64,000 nucleotides of DNA from Paragordius varius. Taxonomy: Eukaryota > Animalia > Nematomorpha. The position numbers were made by a program, and so were the translations under genes. The notes below the pieces were generated by a model that was given only the letters and a program-made list of their open reading frames with translations, was not told where the DNA came from and searched no databases. Every line of letters starts with the position of its first letter. The stretch's first letter is position 1. Below, in pieces: positions 13,601-33,455 of the stretch. The stretch lies in the NCBI GenBank assembly GCA_964247055.1, contig OZ176050.1:4278001-4342000 (forward strand), written 5' to 3'.

Positions 13601-14887
13601 ATGAGGACCTGAAAAAATATTTCCCTTGCCATTGAAAGAAATAATTATCTAAATATATTGATGGCAAGCTTGTTTGTTGATTTGAATATGCCTTTTCCCT
13701 ATTGAGATATATCCTCTTTGAGGTTCTGTTATTGTTCACCCCCTCTCTTTTCTTTTATTTATCATTGCATAATTTGCAGGAAAAACCAGATCATGCCAAA
13801 TGTTTTAAATATTAATATACAGTTATAATTTACAGTTTAGAGTTAGTTTAACATTTTTAGGGCAAAGATACAAATTTTAATACTAATGGCTGACAATCAG
13901 GGTTGAATTGTACTTACGGGATATTCATATACCTTAAGAATTCAAGCCTTCGATAGAAAGATTTACTAGAAATCGGCAGTTTTTCAGAGTTTTAGTCTAG
14001 TCTACTATATCAAAAATTTTATTTTTAAATATTTTTATATAATAATATTTAAAGTAAATTCCATCCATCAAGTCCTAGGAAAAATCTCAACACTTAATTC
14101 ATTCCAATTAAAATATTTTTATATAAAAAATTGTTTTTAACCGTCTATTTCATCAATTATTGGTTGAGTGAAGTAAAATTGCCATAAAAAGTTTGTATGG
14201 AAATGTGGATTATTTCTACCTTTTGATTCATGTTGAGTTATGGATTTGTTAATACCTGAAATGTCAATCAAAAATCCAAAAAATATTTTTATATGTAATA
14301 TTTTATAAACTGTATTATAATTTTTATGGTAAACAACTGCTAAAAAAAATTTTCATTAATCCTCAAAAAATCGCAAATAAGCAAAAGTGTTTTTTTATTA
14401 TATTTTGGATTTGAAGATAAGTTAAAACGCTTTTTTTTGGGGTCCTAAATAGCCATTTAAGTTTAAACACACACCATATTAATTAGGTCATTTTACCAAT
14501 AATAAATTATAAAAGAATGTATACTTTATAAAATTTTAAATAAATTAACTTAGAAACCCTAACACGTTAAAACAATACCAAATTAAAGGAATTCGATTAA
14601 CTTGTTTAAGTATTAATTTATTTTGAATAATCCCAATTTTAAGAGTATAGGGGATAATTTACTTATTGTTTCCTGGTAACAGAAAATTAAGTAAGGTCCA
14701 TAACTCATGCAAATTGTTTTGAAGCGGTGTTCCAGTCTAGAGCTCATTTCGATTTAACTCAAATCTCATCCTTCGCGACAATAGAAATCGAATTCAATTT
14801 TATGAAAGCTTTGTGCCAAAGAACCCACCCGCCTCCAAAAACCCAATTTTAATTTATAAATTATTTACAATATACCTATACTTAGCC

Positions 14888-15065
14888 CAGGGGTGTCCAT
14901 CGCGCGTCCCTTCACCAAATTATCCAAATCAGTTTGACAAAGAACTAGGAAAATTATAGTAGTATTATTGTGTTCGTAAATTGAAGTAAAATTTGTTAAA
15001 TAAAATATTTTTTATTAATCCATATATTTTTCGAATGTGCCTATTCTTAGTTTTGGAGAACCCTG
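14888..15065. mobile_element. hAT-type MITE
   Basis: Imperfect TIRs CAGGGGTGTCCA / TGGAGAACCCTG; 8-bp flanks ACTTAGCC and TTTTAGCC (6/8 match). Confidence 0.55.
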
Positions 15066-16015
15066 TTTTAGCCTTTATTAGGGGATGAAAAAAAATTCCT
15101 TTTTGATTAAAATTTTAAGTGCTTGGCATTGTATTTTATTCATATACCAGACAAAAAATAATTTATTTAAAACAATATCAGTTTTGATTTAGCTTCGGCT
15201 TATATTTTTTTCTTAAAAAGTTTACTTAAAAAATACCGAAATCAATTTGTAATTTTAATACTAAGGAACTAAAATGTTTGTCCCTTGTCTTATATTATTT
15301 AAATGAGTTAAAAGGCTTTTGGCTGAGCATTTGTGGCAATTTTAAATGATCGAAATTTAAAATAAATCGAGATATTAATATAAATAAGAAAAACAAATAG
15401 GTACAACTATTTGGGTTAAATGCTGTTTGAACAAAATAAAATTCTTTCTATTTACATATAGTAAAATTTTTATACTGTTTGCACACCTCAAATTGGTGCT
15501 GATTTTAATGGTCTTCAAAATTTTTTATTTTAAAACTCTAATTAATTAATCTTCACATTTCTCAGCCTTTGGGATTGTATCATGATTTAGCGTACCCATT
15601 TCATTATAGCACAACTTTGATTTAATAGCAATAATTTTAAATCAATTCAAAATTTAATTGATTATCATTATTTGGATTTTAACATCTACTTAAAAATTAT
15701 GTAAGTTTAAATTTTTTGATTTTATATAAAAACATTAATAAGTTTATATAGTTCATTAAGAAAGGGGCGTTGATTACCTTATTCCTTATGTATTAAGCTT
15801 CTAAATATATAAGAATTGATTGATATAATTTTATTAATTATATACACATACATATAATACTGCAATTTTGCAATGAAGCTTTTTGGATAAATCACAAACA
15901 TAAATATTTAATGAATAATCCATCATATCGTTTAAAATATATATATATTTAATTTGACACATTTTTATTTGTAAAATTGGAGCTGTACATAGCTACTTTA
16001 TTTAAATGATGTTAA

Positions 16016-21339
<5,324 letters not shown>

Positions 21340-24300
21340 ATTTGGTTTGGGTAATAATAATTCCAACTATATAAGTTTAAAATTTTGTATACGAGAAAAA
21401 TAAAGCAATTGATAATAAAATATCTTTTTGGAATTCAAGATTTTTTGGTGCAAAATTTTTTTATCAAAAAAATATTAAATAATATATTTAGAGAGTAGAT
21501 ATGTTAACTATAAACATATATAATTCAGTTGATATTGAAATTATAGTAAGTCAATCATTAAATTCAAAAAAATATTTACAAAAATATCAAAAAATACTTG
21601 TAGTATAAATACCATATAATAATTATATGATGATGATAATAAAAATGTTAATATAATATTAATAATGTCGTATACAAAAAAAATAATTTATTCCGTTCCT
21701 TTAGATTTCCTAAAATAATATATTTGCGTTTTGGAGTTTTTGTTTGAGATAGGATTATTATTTAAAGATTAATAATATTATAAATATTTTAATAATTAAT
21801 TAATTAATTTATCATTATAAAATTTAACTTTTACTAAAAGACGGCGCCAATATCGCCCCCAAGTGATGATTTCTTCTGTTAGTAATCAAAAGTTTTTCTC
21901 TCCTGAACCTAATTAAATTTTGAACTTATTTTCAATTGAAAATTGGTAAAAATAAGAAGAAGGGAGGATATGATGACTTATTAATCCGATTAAGTCAATT
22001 CATCTATATATATATATATAAATATATATCTATCTCACAAAGGATTTAAAAAAGTCAGATTATTTTTTTCAATCATTATTGGTAGTATGATAATTTTTTC
22101 ATCAATTAAGATTTTTTTTCTTTTTATATATCGTTTAAATTAATTTGATGAACTTTGAATATTTTATGATTGCCTCAAATTGTTTTTCAAAGGATTTATG
22201 TGTGAAAAATTGCAAATTTATTAAAAGCATCATCAATACATTTTCTACCTGTCAATCATTCAATAACTATCGATAAGTTTACGAAATGATAAATAATATA
22301 AAAAATATTTAATAAATTACATTTGTCCGGTCAAATAATTTTAGTATCTAAAATTTTTAAAATTTTAAATCTAATACTATACTAATTTTTTGTTTTTTTT
22401 TCATACAATAAAACTTAAATTTTACGCATAAATTAAAAATTTACCTAGGCGCATAAAGTGTTTTTATGTTACCCAAAAATATGCTAAAAAATAGTCTATG
22501 TGTCTGAAAATGGTGAAAAGGTTTAAATGAGTTTGAGGTAAATGTAGATTAATTTGGAATGCTCTTTAAGTAATATCTTAAGAAATATTTTAAAGTTTGG
22601 TTTGTAAAAATCTCGTAGTTTAAGAATTCCAAAATAACTATAATAATTTTTTGGCTTTTTGGTGGTTATTGAACAAACAATGTTGCCTATTTCTTTGCAA
22701 TAATAATTAAAAAACTTGGAATTAATTGACTTAATTGGTCAAATTATTAATGCCATTATTTTTAGATATAGATAGCCAACTTAGTTTTTATTTAATTAAA
22801 AACTAATTAAAATCACACAGATATATAAATGAACTTAATTGATGTAAAACGCAATACAATGATACATATATATTTTTTCCAGGATTTCACAAAACATTTT
22901 CTGGTTACTAATTAATAGCAAAATCTGGTTGTAAGGAATTTTTTTGACAAATTTGGTGTGTTTTTTTAAAGAAACCTCAAAATGGTCCATGGCGATAATT
23001 AAATACTAACGGATAATTAGTGTTGGAAACCAAAATATAATTAAGATGTGTTTTATTTTAGCCAATAAAAGTTGAAAAGAGTTTCTGGGATTCTGCAACT
23101 TTTTTATCATTTATAAAGCCTCCATTTAAATCAAGGCTGTTAAAACCTTTTGATTGTTTTCTAAAATTCAACCTTAATAGTTTTTATAATGATTTTTCTT
23201 TAAAATTGATTTTAATTTTAGATATGGTTAGATTATTCAACTACAGCCAAAGTATTCGTATTTATCTACACTAAAAAGCGTTTATATAATGACTCAAATT
23301 TTAATCAATTTGTACCTATATAAGTCTAGGGCTGCTGAAATAGAGAAAAAATAGGATTCACACGCCAGATAAGCAAAATAAATTCAAAATATCAAATGTG
23401 CCAAACAGAATGATCAATTAATTAACTTCTTAAAAAATATGGAATACGCTAAATATATCTCTCACATTTTATAATATTGGATACAGTTAAAAATTTGTAA
23501 AAGAAACATCGGCAAGTTTTGGTTAAAATTATCCCAAAAATTTAAAAATAAAATTAAGTTATAATGCTATAACTTTTGTATCCAATAATATTTTATAAAA
23601 TGAATATATATATTATCGTCTGATTAGCCGTGCATCTATACCTAGAGGTATTTATTATTACATCAAAATTATAAACTGTCGATAAAACTTAAAAATATAC
23701 CCCTACATTGACCATTTTTTAAACCTACTTAATCAACGGTGGAGCAATTTAAATAATTACACCTTAAATATATATACAAAAATTTATGAAATTCACGCAG
23801 AGAATTTTAGTTCCCAGCATTATTACAAATTGCATGAAAAATGTTAAGCCTTTAATTGTTTTAAACTATAACAGTAAAAGACTGAAAAACAACTGTATAG
23901 CGCTTTATTTTTCGCTCCCTTATAAGGATTATGACTTCGGATTTCAAAAGCAGATGATATACCACATCATAATTTAACTTCTCAAAAGGCACCAACTTAA
24001 TTCCAAAGTTTATCACCTTATGAAAATTAGTGGATGATAAACAGATAGGGCATAATGTGTCATTTTTTCAAAAAATTGAAAAATTTTAATAACTTATAGA
24101 AACGTTTTTATGAATCGGTAATTTTGTACTAAACGCTGTTCTACCTAAATTATTTCTAAAATATGCTAATTAGCTAATCACTAAAATTCGCTTACTGAAG
24201 ATAAATTATCGTTATGAATTTCAAATTTTTATTTTTTAGTTTTGGCATAAAATAGCCCCCACTTCCGGCTTTTTTAAGTTTGGTAATATTGGACTTATCA

Positions 24301-27300
24301 AATAATGTTATTTTAATATACCAATATTCTCATAAGGAATATTACGATTTCTAAAACTCACAGCTCCCCCCTCCCCTATTACAAATTATACAAGATTTGC
24401 TTATATTCCGCACGTATAATCTAAATAATTTTTGTGATTCGTGAAGCTCATGAAGATTGAACAGATATTTCCAGCACTGGTTTAATTGTATAGTATGTTT
24501 GCAACAAAAAATAGAATTGATTAAATTTTGATTACATAATTAATTATATACATTATATATTAATTTGATAATTATTATTAATAAATAGCCAACCAAAATC
24601 ATTGCCTGTTTTATAACAATTATTGATATTGCCATAAATTATATGATATAAGGTCCATTCTAACAATTTCAATTGTAATCTAATTTTTGTGCTGTTAATG
24701 CAACACATTTAATATGCATGAAGCATCTTCACTATATTATCATTAAATGTATAAATAATGTTTGGAATTTCGTTTTTTTAACAAAATATATTATATTATT
24801 ATTATTAGCAAAGATAATCATTTTCATTTCTTAATATTCGTATAAATATTCCATAATAAAATATTTATTAAGCCAAAGGCATTTACAAAATCATTTAAGA
24901 ACAATATTGATATGCGTATAAAAGAGATTTTGGCTCTAATATAATTTGTCGCCATATAAAAGTGTTATTTCACACAAGAACGAACTAAAACTATCCTACA
25001 AACACCATTAAAAATTATTTTCCGATACCCAAAAAAGAGTTTTTTTACATTTGTATATGTCTTTGAAGAGTTAATATATAAATGTTGGTAAATTTGATTT
25101 TGATTAACATAAATAATTTTTGTGTCAAAACTATATTATCGGCTAACAAACATAATTATTATATCACTGAATTAAACAATTTACTACTAAGCTCTATGTG
25201 CTGCCCGTGAAAAATTGGAAATTCATAATTTATAAAAATATGCTCATTAAATCTTAATTAAATTTATATTTCCTAAGCAATATCTCTAAATAAGTCTATC
25301 CAATTGGCAATAATTAGGAAAATCGCTATATTGTGTTTGAATTTTCCAGTTTTATGTTTGAAATTAAATAAATTCCTTACGAATGCCCTATGTGTTCCGC
25401 CGAACTGCGAGGCCATTTTAGGACATCCTTGCTCTAATCTATAAAATCTTATATAAATCGTGATCAAAACCCATCATATTTATCTGTTGTCAAGAATAGG
25501 TTTGATTCTATACGACATTTTCTTAGTTTAAATATGATTGATATGGTTTTTGAAAAATACCTAAATTTTAAAGCTACAATCAAAACATCATAATTAAAAT
25601 TATGACATGGGGACGATGAGTAATATTTTCGATAGTAAGAATAGTGACAATGTATGGATTATTTTACTTTTCACTCAATATACCATTTTTTTAGTTTTTT
25701 TTAAATTTTGTCCAAACAACATTTTTCAGGGTTTTTTGCAATTAATAATCTAAGTAAACTTACTCTCCTGTGTAATAATATTTCATTTATATCGTTGTTA
25801 TTGAAGCATGCCAAAAAAGTTAAATCTCATATATATATCTATATCATCATTGTTTAGCCCTAATTTAACTAATCTTTCTTAAATCATAATAAGTGTTAAT
25901 CTAAGACTTAAGATTGTTTTTTGATATTTTTATTGTATATTAAAGTGTTTAGTCGAAATATTTTAGCATGGGGATTTCAAGGACTCATCAATTATAAGGA
26001 TAAATTATATTTGATGATATATAAAAAAAATTACAAAATTTTGAAAAATTCCCTTCATTTACTTTTGGAAAGCGAAATCCGTTATTTTCAAATTATTCAA
26101 AAGAAAGGTCTAAATAAATGTTTAATGTTAAATAAACTGTAGTAATTAAAATGTATTTTATTGCAAATTGTTTCCAATATCAGCTCAGTACCAAGCAGGA
26201 AGTAAAAGTACATCATGTAAATTAAGCAGTTAGTTATATTGTTTAAATAAAATTAATTTGTTTTAATTATACATAAAACTATAATAAAATATAAGGAATA
26301 CATTAAATATTTGCTAAATTTAATTTTATTAGTTAAATAATAATTATACATGTTTGTGTTATTATTATCTAAAAAATCATTAAGTATTGCTTAGTATCTA
26401 AAAATGAATAAAAATCTCATTAACATTCTTACATTTTTAATATAATATAATATTCAAAATTAAATAACCATAATATTTTACCTGTTAAATCTTTTTTAAA
26501 ATAATTAAATAAACCCCAAAAAATATATTATCTCTATGACTTTTTGGGGTAATTATACATCCCAGAGTGAATTTCAAATTCGAATATCTCTATTAAGCCG
26601 AATTTAAAAATTTAGCCTTTTAGGCGCATTTTACAAAAAAAGATTTTATAAAAAAATGTAACATGGTAAAAAATCCTTATCTCGACTTTTTCACCGCCAT
26701 TTTTTTCTATAATTCTTTCGCTAAATATATATTACCTTTATAAAATACAAATAATTACTTTAGTGTTCATGCCTCGTTTCACCAGCAAAAACTTGATACA
26801 TTTTGAATACAGGCTGTTCGTTTCAACCGTGTTTGGAGTTGTCTCAATTTAAGCTGCAAAAAGTCACAAAACTGGAAAAAATGTAGGCTAGAACAATGTT
26901 GGATAATTAATTTTTAACTAAAATAACATTCAAAACATATGTGTTTATTTGCAACATTGCGTTCTGGGATATAAAACTACCCCAATATGTCAAACAGGAC
27001 AAAAAAGTAAATAGGTCATGAAGTGTTAATTTAAACTTAATGATATAATTTGAATATATATATATATATATATTAAAAATTATATTTTATGCACATAATT
27101 TGACATACAATTAAATTCTGACCATTAAACTTTCGAATGCTTCCAAATTCGGCACTCATTTTATAAATAATTTATATTGTGATATATAATTAGCCGCAAT
27201 TTATAAAAATTAATCACCCAATATGTAATTGAAAGCAGACGCAACATATAAAAAATAAATTAATATATCATCTTTTAGATATTCTTAATTTGACGACTTT

Positions 27301-27963
27301 CGGCAATATTTTGGCTTTGAAAATTAATTAATTAATCCAAAATTTGCATCCAAAATTGCATTTTCCAAATTTCTTTTGATGTTAAAACTTTATATTAATA
27401 CGCACATTCCTGATTATTATTGTTAGAAAGCAAAGAAAATTTAATTTGTCAAATGAAACTTTGGCGTTGTAAATAATGTTATAATATAAATTACAACGGA
27501 TGAAGATTTCCGAAAATTGTGTGTCAATAAGGTACTGATGATAATTAATTTTTTATATCTAAACACAATATGCAAACAAAATTATGTTAAAAAATTTTTT
27601 TTGTACTCAATATATTAATCAAATTTATTATTTGCGTGAAACATCAGCATTTTAGATATGATTTATAATTTATATTCTACCAAATGTCCCATTATTTAAC
27701 GACAAAACTCAACCGCGTTGCATAACTTTTGATTTAAACAAAACTTTGTTTACATTGTAAGTTTGATCAACACCTATTGGAAAAAACATGACGTCAGCAA
27801 GTATTGAAATTATTAGAATTTTAAAGCATCTAATTTTGTCGCAAATGACCTGTTTGGCGAAAGGGAGGGCGGTATTAAGCAAGGCTCGAAAATATATTTG
27901 CTATTTATTTAAAATATTTGTGGATTTGAAATTATAATGAGCCAATCTAATTATAATTTAGAA

Positions 27964-28225
27964 CAGAGGTGTCCAAACGCGGCCCCAAAAAATATTTATG
28001 CAGCTGGCAGAATATACAAAAAATATCAAAATTTTATAATAACAAAAATGCTATTTATGACATTTAAGTATATAAAATTTTCTGAACATTTTCCAAATTT
28101 TTGCAATGAACTAGCAAAGGTAATTATGATCTCGTTAATTATTTGCACCATATATTAAAAATATATTTATTAATGCCGATATATTCGAATGCGACCCGCG
28201 AAGCCATTTGTGTTCAGGACCCCTG
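27964..28225. mobile_element. hAT-type MITE
   Basis: CAGAGGTGTCCAAACGCGGCCC...GCGACCCGCG..GGACCCCTG; flanks ATTTAGAA and ATTTAATA. Related end fragments near 5545-5775 and 25200-25435. Confidence 0.6.
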
Positions 28226-29599
28226 ATTTAATAATGCCATAATTAACTCACGCCAAGACGCGGACTAATATTAAATTATCATACATGAGAAAATGTGTGA
28301 TACCAACTTAGTAAATGTAAATTGAGAAAAACCCGATTTTATAATAAATTAAAACATAGGAATTGAATTGTATTTAAAATGAGCTCATCCTTATATTTAT
28401 GGAGAGTAAGTTTAAATTATATTAAAGAGTTTCAAAACAATTTTTAACTACTTTGATTTTTGCTAAACTGAATTATTATTATTATGAACATCAAATTTGA
28501 TTTTGGTTTAATTCAACTTAATTACAAAATAATTACATGGATTTCATAATATATTTTTTTTATAAAGCAAACGTTTAGCTCTATGCATTTCATCATATAT
28601 TTGCATATCAAAAAGAATTAACCTCTGTCCATTGATAAAAGAAACTTCAAAGTAAATTGTGTCTAATTTTTTATATTCTAAATAAATTTTTACTTATTAA
28701 AGGCGACGACATAATAATAGGATATAATTAAAAATCAATGCAAACGTTTTAAATAAGCATTTGCTCATCATCCCAATTTTATGATATAAACACCTCTTAT
28801 TGGGTAAATATTTTTAAGCATATAACATAAAAATTACCAAAGTATATACAAAAAAGTTATATTCTTATTACAGTATGATTAAGTATACATAGCTAGTTTT
28901 TCATGAAATTTATATTATCAGATAGCATATACACCAAAAGAAAGTATTTTCCATATTCATTTTTTTCGTTTTTACTGATATTAGCCAATAAGGTTACTTA
29001 CTTTTTGTTGTATATGATATCTGGTATATTTTGGCTATGTACTTACACTGTAAATTCTGAAAATATTTTATTTTTTTGATTAAAAAATTAATCATTGGTA
29101 TATCTTTTCCTGAAATTAGGGTTATCATATAAAATGCTATATATATATATATATATATATAAATTATTTGTGAATGTAATTTTGCATAAAAAACCCAAAT
29201 AATCGGTTAGATGAAGCTGTCCAAATTTTAAATCAATTTAAATTATAAGTCTTTATATTACACCCTTATGAAAGTACTTACTTAGGGTTGGGTCCTGACA
29301 GGATTTGAGTGCATTCATAAATGCATTGCTGACTGTGACAGTCATTTTTTTAAATATCGGTCAAAATTTGAATTGACCATATTTAAACTGTCCCTATTAA
29401 AGTAATATTCAACTATCATTGGATTTATTTTAAGATTTTCGTTTTACGGCATGGTTAAAAGTTTTATTTTGAGATTGTGTTCATCCAGCTGGAATTAAGG
29501 GATACATAAAGTGAATCATTTGTGGTCCCTTTTTAAGGAAAAATGATCAGAAATGTCTTTAACTGAACTCGTATGGCATTTTAAGTTTTTTGAAAATAG

Positions 29600-31234
29600 C
29601 TCCAAAACCACGCCATTTTTGTATGGCGTCTCAGTTTTAAACTGGTAGATCATTACCCACCTATATGGAAAAAGCGCTGAGTTAAATTTTCTGCTTTTAT
29701 AGGGCAAATATTTGGAATCATCTTTGATCCGATCGTCTCATAGATTATTCGAAAAAATACCTCAACACTAAATATATATGATGGCGTATTTTTAGAACAT
29801 AAAGGCCACATATTAACGGCTAGTAAAAAATGCCTGACCTTAATATCTACCTAGTTACGGGTAATATTTCTTGTTTTAATAAGCTCATATAGCTTCATAA
29901 ATTTTCTGTAAATCAGCTCCACAACGCGATTTCTATATAGTGGCACAGTTTTTGGCCGGTAGCTCCTTATCCAGGGGCAGGTATAAAAAAAGTGTTGACC
30001 AAAATATTTGCCTTTGGAATTATCATGGATTCCATATGTTACTATTAGTCTCATAGGTTTTCTGAAATTTGAAAGGCATGCTGTATCGATATGATTCCAG
30101 GTATTACCCGAATTAAGGCAAAATTTAATCGAGCGTTTTTTTGTTTTGCCCTTGGTTACGGGGCTACCAGCGTAAAACTACGGATTGATTCCATATACTC
30201 TTGTGGGATTTTCGAAAAATTGCCTCAAAACCAAAAAGTCATTCTATAGCGCATTTTTCAAGGCAGGGGCCTAATTAAGGGGTAATTTAATAAAACCGCT
30301 CTACTTAATTTTTTGCTTTTTTACGAATAATGTTTCAGCCCCTTATTAAACTTAGGTGGCCTGATAAGTTTTCGGAAAAGTAACTCCTGATATGATGGCT
30401 CAGTTTTAGGAGGGTAGCTCCATCCCAGAAGTTGATACAAAAAAAGCGCTTGATTAAAATTTTTGCCTTTTTACAGAGAATACCTGGAATCTTGATTGAT
30501 TCCATATGCTCTCATTAGTTTTTGGAAATATTGTCTTAAAACTAAAAAATCTTTCTACGTGGCGCATTTTTCCGGGCGTGCAGGGCCTAATTAATGTAAT
30601 TTTAAAAAACTGCACGACCTAAATTTTTGCCTTCTTACGGGTAATATTTAATGCACCTATTAAACTCATATGGCCTGATAGGTTTTCTAAAATTTAGCCC
30701 CAAAGGCACGCTATTTCGATATGACGGGGCAGTTTTTAGCGGGTATCCCTTACCCAGCAGTTAATGACTAAATTGCCTTTTAACCGAAAATACCTAGAAT
30801 CCTTATTGAATTTTTACAGTCTCATACCCTGGGCGAATAGATTCAGAAAATTATTTTTGTGGACTTTGTTTTTTTGAAAAAAATGGCATTTTACTACGGG
30901 GGGAGCGGGTAAAAAGAGGGCCTAAATTAAAAAAGCGAGCTCACTATGTTCGGCGCAATCGAAAAAAAGTAAAAAAAAGTTTTTTAAATCAAATGGTCCA
31001 AAACGTTTTCCGGAGAATTGTCTCGAAAACACGATTTTTGTGGACTTAGTTTTCAACAAAAACCCGTTTTTAATAGGTGGGCCCGAACTGGGCGCATAAT
31101 TCAAAAAAAGGGAAACTATTGTCCGGGCATTCATTAATGATTATATTTTTTCAACATTTGGATTTAAATGGGTCTACCGATTTTCCGGAAACAGATCACA
31201 AAGCCAGCATTTTCCATTTTTATAAATATATAGA
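29600..31234 (-). mobile_element. Non-autonomous Helitron, long copy with about four diverged ~330-bp subrepeats; 3-prime end not located
   Basis: Minus strand begins A|TCTATATATTTATAAAAATGG, as at 62565; 30850-31234 is a diverged reverse complement of 62565-62950. Left coordinate approximate. Confidence 0.7.
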
Positions 31235-32684
31235 TAATAAATTATCTATTGGCTTAAAAATAAAGATTAGTTTAATATGATTGTCAGATAACAAAATGTT
31301 TTAACATTAATCATAACAACTTTGTTCAATTCCATTTTTTATTTGGTTTACAACATATATTTGCATATGTATCATAAATTGACTGGTTATGATTACAAAT
31401 TAACCTTTATACCACATAAATATTTGCATAAATGATGCAACTTTATTAATGAATAATTATGTTAAATGATAGTTTTATGAAAATCTTTTAGCATTATTAA
31501 AGGTTTTAGGGCTAGTAAATAATTAAAGAACGAAAAAATATTTTTCAGGAGATTTTACAGATTTTTTCCCATTAATTTATTGGATTTGCAAATTTTGTCT
31601 ATCGTATTTCTCAAATTTAGCCGTAATACATTTCTGGTTTCTTTATGGTACAGTATGTTATTAAATATTTAATTTGGTCATATGCAAAACTGTTTGTGGC
31701 TAATATTTTACAAAAGCAAAATTTATTTATTTAATCATAGAATATGAATTGTTCTGTGATATTGAATTTGTTTAAACATATTTAGTTCATTTTCAATAAA
31801 TTCATTTCAAAATAATAATATAATATATTTAAAATATATACATAATCACAAATATCAACGTAAACGTAATTTATTAACAATGTTATATTCTAATTAGTTA
31901 TAATTTATCCAAATTAGATAATATATCAAATCGTTGTCCTTTGATCTGAACAAATATGGTATATGCATAAAAATTATTAACTAAAAATAATTTGTATGTG
32001 CATATTGAATACCGCTCACTATACATTGAAATATAGGAATAGTGTGGAGCGAAATAAAAAACGTGACAAAATAAGATCATGTAAATTAATCACAAAAATG
32101 CTCAAACTAGAATATTACAATATGATAATTAGTTATTATAAATAGTATAATATCAAAGAAATAATTTTTGATGGGTAGTTGTTAATAATATATATGGTAT
32201 ATTTATACTTAGGAAATATTGAGTCAAAAATTGGCCAATATTTTCCATTATATAAACACATAAATCCATCAGTATTCAAATACATAATAAACTATCATAT
32301 GAACAAAAAAGCCGCAATACGGAAATTTAATCTAAATATTGTGTATCACCCTACCTAATTGAAAAATTTTATTTTGTCACATTCTATATTAACATTATAT
32401 TTTTCGATGATGAATATATCTAATATGAATAGTGACCAGACATTAGACCCTTGTACGTGAAAATTAAAAAAATTTGTCTATTTTATATACGATATTTTAT
32501 GGGTGGGTAGATTCGCAAATCATATTTCTGCTCTTTTAATGCAAAAAATAATAATAACATATGGAAAAAATCAAGATAATGTTGTAGCAGACTGCAGTCT
32601 ACAGAAGACATCCCTTAAAATTAGAGTAAAAATTGAAATTATACAGACAAAACCTAACAATATAAGGACAAATATTTTTTACAA

Positions 32685-33455
32685 ACGACATCCATACTTT
32701 GTAATAACAGTTGTTAAAATCCGTAATATAATGATAAAGGATAATTAAATACAATTAAATGAAATTATAAATAGAAATTATAAACGATATGTGAAACCCT
32801 TCGTCAATAGTAATCGCAGACTAGTTTCGTGCTTGTTAGCACTCATCAGTACGACACAACTATTTGACTTGGAGTTTTCACATATCGATTTCGTATATTT
32901 ATCCAACTTTGCAATTTTGGTATAAATGCAGTTGGTTATACGAATTTAAATTAAATTTAATGTTTATGAAAATTAAACTGAAAATTTGAAAATAAACTGA
33001 AAATTAACTCTAGGGGTGAGCCTAGATTTAGAGTATAGCTACTTAGGGATTTCATAGAAATCAATTTAATAACTAAGAAGCACTCTATTATGATAAGAAA
33101 CATAAGATAAAGATGATATTGTAATGGTATGAACGGATTATGTTTTGTAATAACAGTTGTTAAAATCCGTAATATAATGATAAAGGATAATTAAATACAA
33201 TTAAATGAAATTATAAATAGAAATTATAAACGATATGTGAAACCCTTCGTCAATAGTAATCGCAGACTAGTTTCGTGCTTGTTAGCACTCATCAGTACGA
33301 CACAACTATTTGACTTGGAGTTTTCACATATCGATTTCGTATAATTTCATTTAATTGTATTTAATTATCCTTTATCATTATATTACGGATTTTAACAACT
33401 GTTATTACAAAACATAACCAATCCGTTCATTACCATTACGACATCCATACTTTGT
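32685..33455. repeat. Complex insertion: 200-bp direct duplication plus ~95-bp inverted repeat between 18-bp direct repeats
   Basis: 32698-32897 equals 33144-33343; 33121-33215 is inverted at 33340-33439; ACGACATCCATACTTTGT occurs at 32685 and 33438. A diverged reverse copy of the unit lies at about 53336-53490. Confidence 0.85.

Noticed and set aside
22720-22760. Cluster of TAATT/TTAATTG homeodomain-like sites upstream of Nkx6 (autoregulation idea)
   Set aside because: Expected by chance at this AT content.
29279-29345. Short hairpins (TCCTG-A-CAGGA, TGACTGT-G-ACAGTCA) as the 3-prime end of the minus-strand Helitron
   Set aside because: The CTRR-like end is not followed by T, and the spacing differs from the complete copy.
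29600-30870. Repeat units with variable intervening sequence resembling a CRISPR array
   Set aside because: Units are about 330 bp and diverged, inside a eukaryotic transposon, with no cas genes.
30922-31280. ORFs at 29516, 29851, 30922, 31077, 62471, 62507 and 62566
   Set aside because: Chance ORFs in Helitron copies; no Rep or helicase motifs.
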